DNA from: Oxalobacteraceae bacterium GrIS 1.11
Lineage (GTDB): Bacteria > Pseudomonadota > Gammaproteobacteria > Burkholderiales > Burkholderiaceae_D
Reading direction: 5' to 3'
Length of the DNA stretch: 64,000 bases
NCBI GenBank assembly: GCA_040544385.1
Contig: JBEONR010000025.1
Coordinates: 30,883 to 94,882 of the forward strand
A program made the translations under genes and the position numbers. Shown here in pieces: positions 30,797-42,077 of this stretch; the first letter of the stretch is position 1, and every line of letters starts with the position of its first letter. The notes under the pieces are model-generated. The model was not told the DNA's origin, searched no databases, and saw only the letters and a program-made list of their open reading frames with translations.

Positions 30797-32512
30797 TTAA
30801 CGGTCGGCCGCGAACAGCTTGTCGTAGGCGGCCAGCAAGGTTTGATGCATCGCGCTGCCTTGCATGTCCGCGCCCAGCGTTTCCAAGCCGAAGAAGCGTT
30901 CGCTGCGGTCCAGCAAGGCTTCGGCCTGGCGCACGCTTTCCGTGCCGTACAGCATGAGCAAGGAGCGGCGATATTGTTCGACATCGCCGACATTGAGGAT
31001 GCTGTCGATGCAACGGTAGACCAGGCGACGTGCCGGCGCCAGATCCTTGAAGTGGTGAATCCAGTCGCACCCTTCGCGGATCGCGTCTTCGTCGCCCACG
31101 GCCAGGGCCAGCAGGGTTTTCAATTCGCCCACGCGCAATTGCTTCCACGGCGTGCCGAGCGGAATCGCCAGGCCCAGCACTTCCCACAATGGCCGCTCGT
31201 CGTTCAAGTTCATGGTTTGCAAGTCGGCCAGCAAGTCTTGCGCTTCCTGCTCGCTCAAATCGTGCAGGCGCAGCAATTGCGGGCGGATCGCGTTGCCGAT
31301 GCTATTGTTTTCCCATTCCAAGTCTTCGACCGGATAAATTTCAGACATGCCCGGCACCAGGATGCGGCAGCTATACGCGCCTTGTTCGCTGAAGTCGGAC
31401 ACATAAATGTCCTTGCCTTCGCCATGGATGCAATCGACCAGCCACTGGTAATCTTCGGCCGTGGTATTGCTGAAGTTCCAGTTGACAAAGGGGAAGTCGG
31501 GCTTGTCGCCCATGAAATTCCAGCTGATTACGCCGCTGGAATCGACGAAATGGATTTCCAGGTTGGCCACGGCATTGATTTCGCTCATGTCGAAGCCCGG
31601 TTCCGGGAAGCCTTCCAGCGAATCGAGGGCGCGCCCTTGCAGCAATTCCGTCATGGCCCGTTCCAGCGCGATTTCAAAGCGCGGGTGCGCGCCATAGCTG
31701 GAAAAGACGCCCTGGTCTTTCGGATGCACCAGCGTCACGTTCATGACGGGATATTTCCCGCCCAGGGAAGCGTCCTTGACCAGGATGCCGAAGCCAGCCT
31801 TGCGCAGTCCGGCGATCCCGGCCTGGATGTTGGGGAAGCGGGCAATCACCTCGTCCGGCACTTCCGGCAGGCACAAGCCTTCGGCAATGATGCGGTACTT
31901 GATGCTGCGCTCAAATATTTCCGACAAGGCTTGGGTGCGCGCTTCCATCAGGGTATTGCCGGCCGCCATGCCATTGCTGACATACAAATTGCCGATGATA
32001 TTGACGGGGATATACGCCACGCTCTCGTCGCGCAGGCAGGTGTAGGGCAGGGTGCAAATGCCGCGCTCGACATTGCCGGAATTCAAGTCGACCAGCACTT
32101 CGCCGTCGATCTCGCTGTCCGGATTGTAAAAGGCATGCAATTCGGGGTTCAGCATCTCGGCCGGCCACTGGCCGTCTTCGGTGGGCGCGAACCAGCGTTC
32201 TTGCGGGTAATGCACGAAAGGACGCTTGGCGCGCGTTTCGCCGAGGTAAAAATGGGTCCAGAAATAATGCGTGCCGAGGCGCTCGAAAAACTCGCCGTAG
32301 GCGCTGGCGCGGGCCGCCAATTCGGTCGCGCCCTTGCCGTTCGAGAACAGCATCGGGCAGTCATTGTCTTTCATATGGGTCGACCAGATGCCGTCCACTT
32401 CATGCAGCAGCGACGATTCATTCAAGGTGAAACCGCGCGCGGCGAGCTTCTTTTGCATGGTCTCGATGGTAGCTTCGAGGGCGGCGTCTTTGCCGATGAT
32501 AAAAGTTTGCAT
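30797..32512 (-). CDS. ycaO: E. coli-type housekeeping YcaO protein (YcaO domain plus a C-terminal TPR-like domain)
   Basis: SNGMAAGNTLMEARTQALSEIFER is the classical YcaO signature. The 571-aa length and C-terminal helical-repeat domain match E. coli YcaO. Confidence 0.85.
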   Translation of the reverse strand: MQTFIIGKDAALEATIETMQKKLAARGFTLNESSLLHEVDGIWSTHMKDNDCPMLFSNGKGATELAARASAYGEFFERLGTHYFWTHFYLGETRAKRPFVHYPQERWFAPTEDGQWPAEMLNPELHAFYNPDSEIDGEVLVDLNSGNVERGICTLPYTCLRDESVAYIPVNIIGNLYVSNGMAAGNTLMEARTQALSEIFERSIKYRIIAEGLCLPEVPDEVIARFPNIQAGIAGLRKAGFGILVKDASLGGKYPVMNVTLVHPKDQGVFSSYGAHPRFEIALERAMTELLQGRALDSLEGFPEPGFDMSEINAVANLEIHFVDSSGVISWNFMGDKPDFPFVNWNFSNTTAEDYQWLVDCIHGEGKDIYVSDFSEQGAYSCRILVPGMSEIYPVEDLEWENNSIGNAIRPQLLRLHDLSEQEAQDLLADLQTMNLNDERPLWEVLGLAIPLGTPWKQLRVGELKTLLALAVGDEDAIREGCDWIHHFKDLAPARRLVYRCIDSILNVGDVEQYRRSLLMLYGTESVRQAEALLDRSERFFGLETLGADMQGSAMHQTLLAAYDKLFAADR

Positions 32513-32624
32513 GGGGGTTTCTCAGTGTAGGGGGCTGCCGGCGGCGGCCTGGTCGGGCGCAACGCGGCTTGGCGGAACCGGGTATTTTACCCGAGTCGGC
32601 CAAGGCGCACAGGATGTTTACAAG

Positions 32625-33647
<1,023 letters not shown>

Positions 33648-33875
33648 CGAGGTTCCTGTTGAGCCGCCTGATACTGATTGCGCCAAAACGCCACCGAATC
33701 GAGGCGGCGTGGTTAAAAAATCACATCACTGTGCCATGCCCGCGCCTTGTGAACGGGGCCTCCAGCGCGCGCGATGTGATTCGATCAATTTCATGACGGT
33801 ATGGTTGCAGTTTGGCGCCGCCCTGTCAAGGTGCCGCGCGCGATTCTGGTTTCGTACGATGCGTGGCAATGCGGT

Positions 33876-34718
33876 TCAGGCAAAGCGCATCGCGGCTGCG
33901 CCGCCGGCGATCAAGCCGATGGCGGCATAGCGCTGCAAGCTGATCTTTTCGCGCAGCAGCACGGCGGCGATGCCGATCGCGAACAGGATCGAGGTTTCGC
34001 GCAGTGCCGCGACGGCGGCGACCGGCGCCTGGGTCATGGCCCACAAGGCCAGGCCGTAAGAAGCCAGGGTGCCACCGCCGCCGAGCGCGCCCAGGCGCCA
34101 CTGGCTGGCGGCGTAGGCTGGCAAGTCGGCGCGCCGCCGCCAGCAGGTCCAGCCCAGCAGGGCGCTGCCGGTCAACAGGAAAATCCACATCGTATAGGCG
34201 GCAGGGGCGCCCGATTTGCGTACGCCGATGCCGTCGATCAAGGTGTAACTGGCAATCACGCCCGCATTGAGCAGGGCGTACAGGGTGCTGCGGCGTGCCA
34301 GTTTGCCCTTCGCGCGGGAAGCGAAATACAGGCCGAAGATGCCGGCGCAAATGCAGGCCACGGCCAGGCCTTGCTGCGTTGACAGGCGTTCGCCCAGCAA
34401 CGGGCCGCTGGCCAGGGCCACCAGCAAAGGCGCGCTGCCGCGCATCAAGGGATAGGCATGGCTCATGTCGCCGCTGCGGTAAGCCGCCGCCAGCAGCGAA
34501 TAATATGCCAGTTGCATCAAGGCGGAGGCAAGCAGGAAGGGCCAGCTGGGCGGCGCTGGCGGCGCCACCAATGGCAACAGGCATGCCGACAGGAAGGCCG
34601 CGCCGGAAGCCACCAGGACCGTGCTCAGGAAGGTGTCCTTGCCCGCCTTGACGACGGCATTCCAGGCGGCGTGCAACAAGGCGGCAAACAAGACGATGGC
34701 AACGATATGGGTGGGCAT
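33876..34718 (-). CDS. EamA/DMT-family transporter
   Basis: 280 aa, ten TM helices, two EamA-like halves. Confidence 0.8.
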   Translation of the reverse strand: MPTHIVAIVLFAALLHAAWNAVVKAGKDTFLSTVLVASGAAFLSACLLPLVAPPAPPSWPFLLASALMQLAYYSLLAAAYRSGDMSHAYPLMRGSAPLLVALASGPLLGERLSTQQGLAVACICAGIFGLYFASRAKGKLARRSTLYALLNAGVIASYTLIDGIGVRKSGAPAAYTMWIFLLTGSALLGWTCWRRRADLPAYAASQWRLGALGGGGTLASYGLALWAMTQAPVAAVAALRETSILFAIGIAAVLLREKISLQRYAAIGLIAGGAAAMRFA

Positions 34719-34756
34719 GGATGAAAAAAAGTGAAATGTTGATCGACGCAGCGGCC

Positions 34757-35569
34757 TCAGCGCGGCCGCACGCTGGTGGCGAGTAATTCGGGCGGGTAAT
34801 AGCGCTGGAAGTTATCCATCAGGGCGCCCGATTTGACGGCCCGTTCCAGCAAGTCGCGCAACTGGGCCTGGTCTTCCGGCGTCAGCGATTTCCTGGAAAT
34901 ATACGCACCGCTCAAGATCCACGGCAATTCCGGCAGCGGCTCCAGGCGCAGCCTGTCGGCCAGGCCCTGCACCCGTTTATTATCCCGGATGGTGCCGGCA
35001 AAGATGGTCGGCGCCATGATGGTGGCGTCGGCCATGCCCGCTTGCAGCAGCCGCGCCACGGCCAGGGTATCGACTTCCAGGAACAGGCGATGCTGTTTTT
35101 CCAGCTCCTGGATCAGGCCTTGATAGGCTGGGCCGTAGTCGAAGCCGCGCACCAGCGCCACCCGGACCTCGCGCCGCTCCAGCAAGTCCCGCATGTTCAA
35201 GATGGGCGCGCGTGCGCTGACGATGGAAATAAGCACGGGGCGGATGCCCAGCATCGGCACGAAACTGCCGTGGGGATCGCGGCGCGGGGTGCCGCTGGCG
35301 GGGATCAGGAGGTCGGCCTTGCCGGCCTCGAACATGGCTTCCAGGCGCGCCCGTGGCACGGCCGAAAAAATGAAGTTGCAACCGGCCTTGGCGCCCATGC
35401 TGCGCAAGAGATCGGGATAGATGCCGCTGATCGTGGTCTCGCCAATGATGACGCTCTGGCCGATTGCCGCCACCGGCACCAAGATATCGCGCGAGCAATC
35501 GGCCCGGGCGCAGTCCGGCGCGCTCAGCGTCAGCGCCAGCAAGAGCTGGAAATATGTCCTGGCAATCAT
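34757..35569 (-). CDS. Periplasmic solute-binding protein (family 3-like, orphan)
   Basis: Signal peptide plus an SBP_bac_3-like pattern. No adjacent permease. Confidence 0.6.
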   Translation of the reverse strand: MIARTYFQLLLALTLSAPDCARADCSRDILVPVAAIGQSVIIGETTISGIYPDLLRSMGAKAGCNFIFSAVPRARLEAMFEAGKADLLIPASGTPRRDPHGSFVPMLGIRPVLISIVSARAPILNMRDLLERREVRVALVRGFDYGPAYQGLIQELEKQHRLFLEVDTLAVARLLQAGMADATIMAPTIFAGTIRDNKRVQGLADRLRLEPLPELPWILSGAYISRKSLTPEDQAQLRDLLERAVKSGALMDNFQRYYPPELLATSVRPR

Positions 35570-35678
35570 GGGCTGGCGTCGCTCCCGGTATCCCTGCGCG
35601 GATTGCGCGTATTCCCCATTCTCACTGATTTATTGCCAAATTCCTAGTCTGGGCGCCCCCCGCTTGCGGCCCCCGCCA

Positions 35679-36938
35679 TCAAGGCGGCGTGGCGACACCG
35701 GTCCGGTGCGATTTGAAGTAACGAGCAGCTACGACGATGGCCACCACTTGCATCGCGGCGCAGACGAAAAAACTGCTGCCGACGCGCCAGTCGCCGCCAG
35801 GCAAATGACTGACCTGTCCCAGGATCGCGCTGCCGACCAGAGGCATGATGATGATGCCCAGGCTGCTGATCGATTGCAGCGCGCCCATCAGCTCGCCCTG
35901 TTCGTTGGCCGGCGAAGACTTGGAAATGATGCCTTGCAGGGCGGGGCCGGCCGCAAACGACAGCAAATTGCACAGGATGAAGACATACATCATCCAGCCT
36001 TCGGTCGCCAGGCCGTACAGCAGGTAAGTAATGCCGCCCGATACCATGCCCAGCAGGGTCAATCGCCGTTCGCCGAAGCGCTTGATCAGCATGCCCAGCA
36101 GCGCCGCCTGCACCACGGCGGCGCACAGGCCAACGCAAAACAGCGCGATGCCGTTTTCGCGCGGGCTCCAGTTGAAACGGTAATTGGTGTACAGCACCCA
36201 GGTCGATTGCAACATCATCTGGGCGAAAGTCATCACGCCGAAGGCCACGATCAAGCCGCGGATCTCGGTACGGCGCGCCAGCTTGGTCAGCGCCGCCAGC
36301 GGATTGACCTTGGTCAGCTTGAACGGCGAACGTTGGGCCTGGGGCAGCGATTCCGGCACATACAGATAGCCGTACACCAGGTTGGCCGCCGACAAGCCGG
36401 CCGCGACGAAAAACGGCAAATGCAGATTGATTGAGCCGAGCAGGCCGCCCAGCATGGGCCCGCAAATGAAGCCCAGGCCGAAGGCGGCACCCACCTTGCC
36501 GAAACTCTTGGCGCGGTTTTCATGGGTCGAGATGTCGGAGGCGTATGCCGAGGCGACCGACATGCTGGCCGAGGAAATGCCGCCCAGCACGCGACCGATG
36601 AACAGGCAAGCCAGGTTCGGGGCCCAGCCCGTGGCCAGGAAGTTCAAGCACATGCCGGCCATCGAATACATCAGCACGGGACGGCGCCCGACCCGGTCGC
36701 TGATCGCGCCCAGCATCGGCATGAAAATGAATTGCAGCAAGCCGAACACGGCCGCCAATATGCCATACCACAGTGCCTGGGCGTCGCGTCCGGCAACGAA
36801 ATCGCCGACCAGGATGGGCAGCACTGGCACCACCAGTCCGATGCCGAGCATGTCGATGAAGACGCAAACGAGGATGAAATTGAGGTTGCCGGCGGGAGCG
36901 GATTTTGCCGCGATAGCGCTATTGCTGTCTATGGTCAT
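35679..36938 (-). CDS. MFS transporter (TetA/drug-efflux-like, 12 TM)
   Basis: MFS motif A region (…GAISDRVGRRPVL…) and 12 predicted helices. Confidence 0.85.
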   Translation of the reverse strand: MTIDSNSAIAAKSAPAGNLNFILVCVFIDMLGIGLVVPVLPILVGDFVAGRDAQALWYGILAAVFGLLQFIFMPMLGAISDRVGRRPVLMYSMAGMCLNFLATGWAPNLACLFIGRVLGGISSASMSVASAYASDISTHENRAKSFGKVGAAFGLGFICGPMLGGLLGSINLHLPFFVAAGLSAANLVYGYLYVPESLPQAQRSPFKLTKVNPLAALTKLARRTEIRGLIVAFGVMTFAQMMLQSTWVLYTNYRFNWSPRENGIALFCVGLCAAVVQAALLGMLIKRFGERRLTLLGMVSGGITYLLYGLATEGWMMYVFILCNLLSFAAGPALQGIISKSSPANEQGELMGALQSISSLGIIIMPLVGSAILGQVSHLPGGDWRVGSSFFVCAAMQVVAIVVAARYFKSHRTGVATPP

Positions 36939-37196
36939 GGGAACTTTCGGCTAGGCTGTCATTGTGGCATGAAACAGACGGTTTTCGCGATCGGCCGTGC
37001 AGTTTTTATGGATGCCCCGCGGGGGACTGGCCCTCGGCAGCCATCGGGCGCGAAATCGCACGCAAGCATCAGGTATTTCTGCAAGATATTCTTATCTGGG
37101 TTAATATTGCCGTACTGCAATTTAATCCATGCACTGCATGAAGCGACACCCGCCAGCGGACGCCGCCGCGCCCGGAAAACCCGCATTTTCTAAGGA

Positions 37197-37721
37197 TTGA
37201 ACATGAATATCGTCAGCAACGACGCGCACGGCAGCCGTGACGCCGCCCATTCCGAGGGCGCGCCGGCCAAGGCCGCCGAATACCTTGCCTTCACCCTGGG
37301 CCAGGAAGAATACGGTATCGACATCCAGAAAGTGAGCGAAATCCGTAGCTATGACGCCCCGACGCGGATTGCCAGCGCGCCGGAATTCATGAAAGGCGTC
37401 GTCAATTTGCGCGGCATCATCGTGCCGATCATCGACATGCGCATCAAGTTCAATCTGGGCACGCCCAGCTACGATCAATTCACCGTCGTGATCGTCCTCA
37501 ATATCGGCAACCGCGTAGTCGGCATGGTGGTCGACAGCGTGTCCGACGTGACTACCTTGCTGCCCGAGCAAATCAAGGCGGCGCCCGACATGGGCCGCGC
37601 GCTCGCGACCGATTACGTGATCGGCCTGGGCACGCTGGACGAGCGCATGCTGATCCTGATCGATATCGAGCAATTGATGTCGAGCCCGGACATGGGTTTG
37701 ATTGAGCGCCTGGCCGCTTAA
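37197..37721 (+). CDS. cheW: Chemotaxis coupling protein CheW (orphan)
   Basis: EYLAFTLGQEEYGIDIQKVSEIR…GVVNLRGIIVPIIDMR is the CheW domain. Confidence 0.9.
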   Translation: MNMNIVSNDAHGSRDAAHSEGAPAKAAEYLAFTLGQEEYGIDIQKVSEIRSYDAPTRIASAPEFMKGVVNLRGIIVPIIDMRIKFNLGTPSYDQFTVVIVLNIGNRVVGMVVDSVSDVTTLLPEQIKAAPDMGRALATDYVIGLGTLDERMLILIDIEQLMSSPDMGLIERLAA

Positions 37722-38171
37722 GCCCGCCCTTGCAAGGTCATCAACACGTCGGATCGTGTTCCGAATCTGATCGTTGGCAATGTGTCGGCGCGCCTCGGCG
37801 CCTTCGGGCCACGTTTTTGTTTGTGCAGCCTGAGTCGATCGGCGTGCAACAGCAGTTCCGCCAACGGCTGTATGTCCAGGCTGTCATAGCGACGCCAGTT
37901 GCTGCTGGGCAGGGCGATCATCTGCCTTCGTAGCCAGGATCAGATTGGTGCCGGGTACGTCTTGAAAGGGGGCATAAAACCCCATGGCGACCATGGCCTG
38001 GCTTGACGACACGGCGGCGCTGGCGCAGGATGAAATCGCCGGAAAAATCGATTTCGTTCGTTGAGAAAGTGACGAACGGCACCCCGCCAATCCGCATGAA
38101 TCCACACTCTAATGATTATCATCAGTCATCCGTAGAAGGGTGAAAATTCCGATTTTGAAAAGTGCTACGAT

Positions 38172-38222
38172 CAAATGAAAAACAGAGGGCACTGCAAACA
38201 GTGGCGCCCTCTGTCTTTTTTC
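38172..38222. terminator. Bidirectional Rho-independent terminator
   Basis: CAGAGGGCACTG-caaa-CAGTGGCGCCCTCTG stem is flanked by an A-run on the 5' side and a T-run (TCTTTTTTT) on the 3' side. Confidence 0.5.
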
Positions 38223-38520
38223 TCCAGCGGGCGGCCGGACGACACCCAGTGGATTGTCGTTGGAATGTGCCGCATTAAGTACCAATTTAAAATAAATTGT
38301 GGATCTCTGCGGCCTTGGTCGGCGCGCTGCAAGGGCGCCGCCGAGGCTTGCCCGCCCCTTGCAGTGCTCGCACTGCGGCGGACCGGGCGCCTTGCATCGG
38401 AAGGATCACCATGCAGCGATGCGTTCCGCAGGCACGGGGCAAGCCCCACGAAACCCCTACTACACTCCGCCCAGGACCACATCCATCTCACAATTTATTC
38501 CGACTGGGTACTTAGTCCGA

Positions 38521-39482
38521 TTAAGGTGGACATGCAAAACTTTGGCGTTCGCTTTGAGCCGGGCCAGATAAAGCAAGGTCTTTACCGTTGCTATCAACCT
38601 CGGAATGATAGTCAAAAGTATTCCAGCTAAAGCCCGCGACGATGCCATATTTCTTGCCTGTGCTTCGCAAAGCGCACCACTGATTTTTCAAATCCTCTTC
38701 CAAAATCATATAGTCCGCAATTGCCGTGCGTGGACTGGCAGCGAGAATAGTATCCAGTTCAGCGGGGGAGCCTATGTTCTTCAGCAATAGCTTTATTGGA
38801 TTATTGGCAGCCTTACCGCTATTGAAGCGGACAATGAAATCGGATAACGGCGTAGCCCCATCGCCATATCCGGCGCGGTATAAATTGTCTACTTCCACTG
38901 ATACCACGCCCAAGGGCTGTAGATCGCTCAATTGTTGTTGCAACTGTTTAAAAAAGCCCGTTTGATTCCATTCCTTCATCCAATCGGCATTGTCGTCTTG
39001 GCAGTGATCACCGACCGGGATCGATTTTGCGACATAGATTTTAGCTGCATTTTGCACGCGCACACATTCATCTGGCGCCCAGCTATTGCCGGTCGGCCCG
39101 CCTGGCCCCTCCAAGTACACGTGCAAGCGCCAACCCTGAGCACGCATTTTCTGCACGCGGCTCAAAAAATCAGGCGAAGAGGTATTGCCGCCGACATCTA
39201 TCCCAGCAATCACATCCGAATATTTTGCCAATGCAGCCTTCGCCTGTGGTGTAGTCAAGACATCAAGCGCTTCGTGACCAGAACTAAAATAGAAATACGT
39301 TAGCGCGCCGGGTGTTGGTGTTGGCGTTGGTGTTGGCGTTGGTGTTGGTGTTGGCGTTGGTGTTGGCGTTGGCGTTGGTGTCGGACTCGGGCCAGGCGTA
39401 CTGCCGCCACCGCAAGCGAGCAACAGGCTGCATAAAGCCAAAGTTGGAAATTTACGATTGCCGATAATTTTTTGGATGTTCA
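38521..39482 (-). CDS. Lipoprotein with a (PT)11 linker and a C-terminal putative glycoside-hydrolase-like domain. Low GC, GTG start.
   Basis: Lipobox LLLACGG. Linker PSPTPTPTPTPTPTPTPTPTPTPTPTPG. Local GC is below the window average. The start is taken at the GTG (MNIQKIIGNRKF…) that gives a proper signal peptide. Confidence 0.6.
39311..39388 (-). repeat. Hexanucleotide (GGYGTT)n tandem repeat encoding the (PT)n linker
   Basis: ggtgttggtgttggcgttggtgttggcgtt… spans ~78 nt. Confidence 0.8.
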
Positions 39483-40207
39483 CAGTGCTGACCTTACTTG
39501 AAAAATAGATTGAGACTGCACCAGGATCGGCGGCAAGCAGCACAGAGGCCGAGTTCTAGTAAACAGTTGATGCCCCGGGTATTTGTAGGATACCTATCAA
39601 GTCCCTATTTCAACCTCATGGAGCAATTTCGCACCAAACCCGCAGACCGCGATCAACCCTATCTACTGACACGCGCGTAACCTCAGTTTGAGCGGCCGGA
39701 TTTCTGTCTTTTCGAGCCATTCATTTGCTGACACGAGCGCTTTGTCAATTCCATTAGATTGAGAACTGCCAAGCGTAGATGAGCGAAAATCTCGAAATGC
39801 GATCATGTGCAACTTCCGTTTCGTTGTTTTATTTTAAAAACAATTCATGGGAGAGTAGCGTGGAGAAAATGGTCTCAATTCGCGTCAGATGGCCACGATC
39901 CGCTATTGGGCGGTAACTGACAATGCCAGTAGACGGATTGTATCGTGCCGGTAGCCATGCAGGGTACTGCCATTGAGACAAATTTCGCGAGTCGAAAACG
40001 GCGTCGAACGCATGCACGCCCGTTTTCACACGCGGGCCGCTACATGCGGGGCATTCAGGAAGAGGTCTTGACGCAGACTCCTTATGTCCGCTAACCGGGG
40101 GCGATGGGAGGCAAGTTTGCGGCTCGCCTTATCCATAAGCATGACAGATAAGTCAGAATCAGACTGGTGCCGGGTATACCTTGAAAGAGCTGCCGCTTGG
40201 AATCTAG

Positions 40208-40927
40208 TTATTCCGGCTCGCCGATTGGTGCGGCGGCATCCCATGCGCAGTCGCCGTCATCGGCCAGTTCGATGGCGCCTTGTGATAAGGCATCGGCGGC
40301 GCTGTTTTGCTGGCGCGGTATCCATTGCAGTGTCACTTGCGGCAATCGGGCCAGCAGCGCGCTAGCCCTGGCCCGCTGCGCCTCCAAGCCCTTTGCGCCG
40401 GCCCGGCCCGCTTGCCGGGCATCGTCGATAACGACCCGGCTGTCGCCATATACGATCAGCTCGGCCGGCTGCAAGGCCACCGCCGCTTCCAGCAGCGCGA
40501 TCAGGGCGCTGTATTCCGCCATGCCGCTATTGCCGTGGCCGGCGCGCCGGCTGATGGCATGACGCTGGCCGTCGGGGCCGGTGAGCAGGGCGCCGATGCC
40601 GATCTTGCCCGGATTGGGGTGGGCCGAGCCGTCGAACCAGGCCAGCCACGCCGTCGGCGGCGGCCGCTTGCGCGCCGCTTTCAAGGCCAGTTTGCCCGCT
40701 TGCGCGCCAGCCTTGGCGGCGCGCCGCCCGGCTTCGACCAGGCGCTCGCTTGCGCGCACGGCCAGTAAATGGGGCAAGCCCGACGCGCCGGCGGCCAATT
40801 CCAGCGTTTGCCGCAGCGCTTGCCGCTCGCTCAGTCCGGCGCGCCTGGCAAGGCGGCGCCCGAGCACGCGTTCGCTCTGGTAGGCGGCGGCGATCAGGTC
40901 TTCGAATTCTGGCATGGGGCGCGGCAT
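40208..40927 (-). CDS. RNase H-like domain protein
   Basis: WFDGSAHPNPGKIGIGALL … AEYSALIALLE … IVYGDSRVVID is an RNase HI-like catalytic pattern (D, E, D). It has an extra N-terminal ~80 aa. Confidence 0.65.
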   Translation of the reverse strand: MPRPMPEFEDLIAAAYQSERVLGRRLARRAGLSERQALRQTLELAAGASGLPHLLAVRASERLVEAGRRAAKAGAQAGKLALKAARKRPPPTAWLAWFDGSAHPNPGKIGIGALLTGPDGQRHAISRRAGHGNSGMAEYSALIALLEAAVALQPAELIVYGDSRVVIDDARQAGRAGAKGLEAQRARASALLARLPQVTLQWIPRQQNSAADALSQGAIELADDGDCAWDAAAPIGEPE

Positions 40928-40970
40928 TGGTGACGGGCCGTCAGCTTACCCGATTTGCGGGCCGGAGCGC

Positions 40971-41750
40971 TCAATTGGTGCCATAAAATTCGCGCTCCTG
41001 GCGTTGATATGCCGCCGATGCGCGTATCTGCGCCACCAGGGACCAGATGTGCTCGGCGAAGCGCGGCTCTTCCTTGACGAGCTTGAACGATAACATCAAG
41101 TAGTATGGTCGCGCTTCCAGCAACACGGGCAAGCGCTCGATGCTGCGACCCAGCTCGGGATGTTGTTGCAGCAAGCGCTCGGCGCGCGGAGTTTGCAAGG
41201 CGGCGCCCTGCAAGCGGCCAATTGCGACCTTGCGCAAGGTATCTTCCGGACTCTTGGAGCCGTCGTCGACGCCGGCGCCGCGTTGCTTCAGGAAATCGGC
41301 GATCGAAAAACCGCTCAGGGTGCCGATCGGCCCGCGCAAATTGCGAAAACGCTGGCCATCCCAGTCCAGGTCGTCGCCCTTGGCGCGGTACAGCGAATAA
41401 TCGGACTGATGCAATTTTTTCGAGGCGTCGGGCATGCCATCCTTATCCAGCGGATAGCGGCCCATGGCCATACGGTCGGCCTTGAAACTCGATGCGAATG
41501 CACCGTCGACTTGATTCGCCGCCAGTTCGGCCAGGCAGCGTTTCCACGGCAAGGGGCGCAGCCGGATCGGCATGCCCAGCGCGCTTTCGAGCTGCATGAT
41601 GAGCATGATATTCAAGCCGGGCCGGTCTTTCAGCACCCAGGGGTAGGAATCCTGATTTTCGTGACAGAACAGCAAAGCGCTTGGACGCGCGCCGGCGCCA
41701 GGCGCCAGGAAGGTCAATATTACTGCCAGCAAGAGCGATGCGCGTGCCAT
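40971..41750 (-). CDS. Periplasmic solute-binding protein (family 3-like, orphan)
   Basis: Signal peptide plus an SBP_bac_3-like pattern. Confidence 0.6.
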   Translation of the reverse strand: MARASLLLAVILTFLAPGAGARPSALLFCHENQDSYPWVLKDRPGLNIMLIMQLESALGMPIRLRPLPWKRCLAELAANQVDGAFASSFKADRMAMGRYPLDKDGMPDASKKLHQSDYSLYRAKGDDLDWDGQRFRNLRGPIGTLSGFSIADFLKQRGAGVDDGSKSPEDTLRKVAIGRLQGAALQTPRAERLLQQHPELGRSIERLPVLLEARPYYLMLSFKLVKEEPRFAEHIWSLVAQIRASAAYQRQEREFYGTN

Positions 41751-42077
41751 GGATGGCCCCGGAGTATGGGTGGCTGCGCCGGATGGGATATACCTTGACC
41801 AGTCCGCGCGCCGGGAAATTGATTAATTGTAAGGCGATAATTAATTTTAGGCAATTTGTGTTGTTGGTATATATATTTCATGTTCCCGATAGCCCGGCGT
41901 GGATGCCATAGCCCGCACCGTCGCGCAGTAATATATCGCCGATATGCGGTTGTGTATGGCATCGCACAGACCCTGCACAGTCGCTCGGGCAATCTGAAAG
42001 CTTTTCGACATTGCAATGGCGAGAAAACAGCCCTCCGCTGGAGGCTATGGATACTCAATGTATTTTAAGAGGAACTA

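Noticed and set aside
30769-30993. Cys-rich N-terminal extension of ORF 30493..30993
   Set aside because: It runs into the ycaO gene (30797..32512) on the same strand. The DUF1294 protein starts at the internal Met (30768).
39311-39388. Short-period DNA repeat considered as a possible CRISPR-like or intergenic microsatellite
   Set aside because: The period is 6 nt with no spacers, and it lies inside a coding region where it encodes the (PT)n linker. It is not a CRISPR array.
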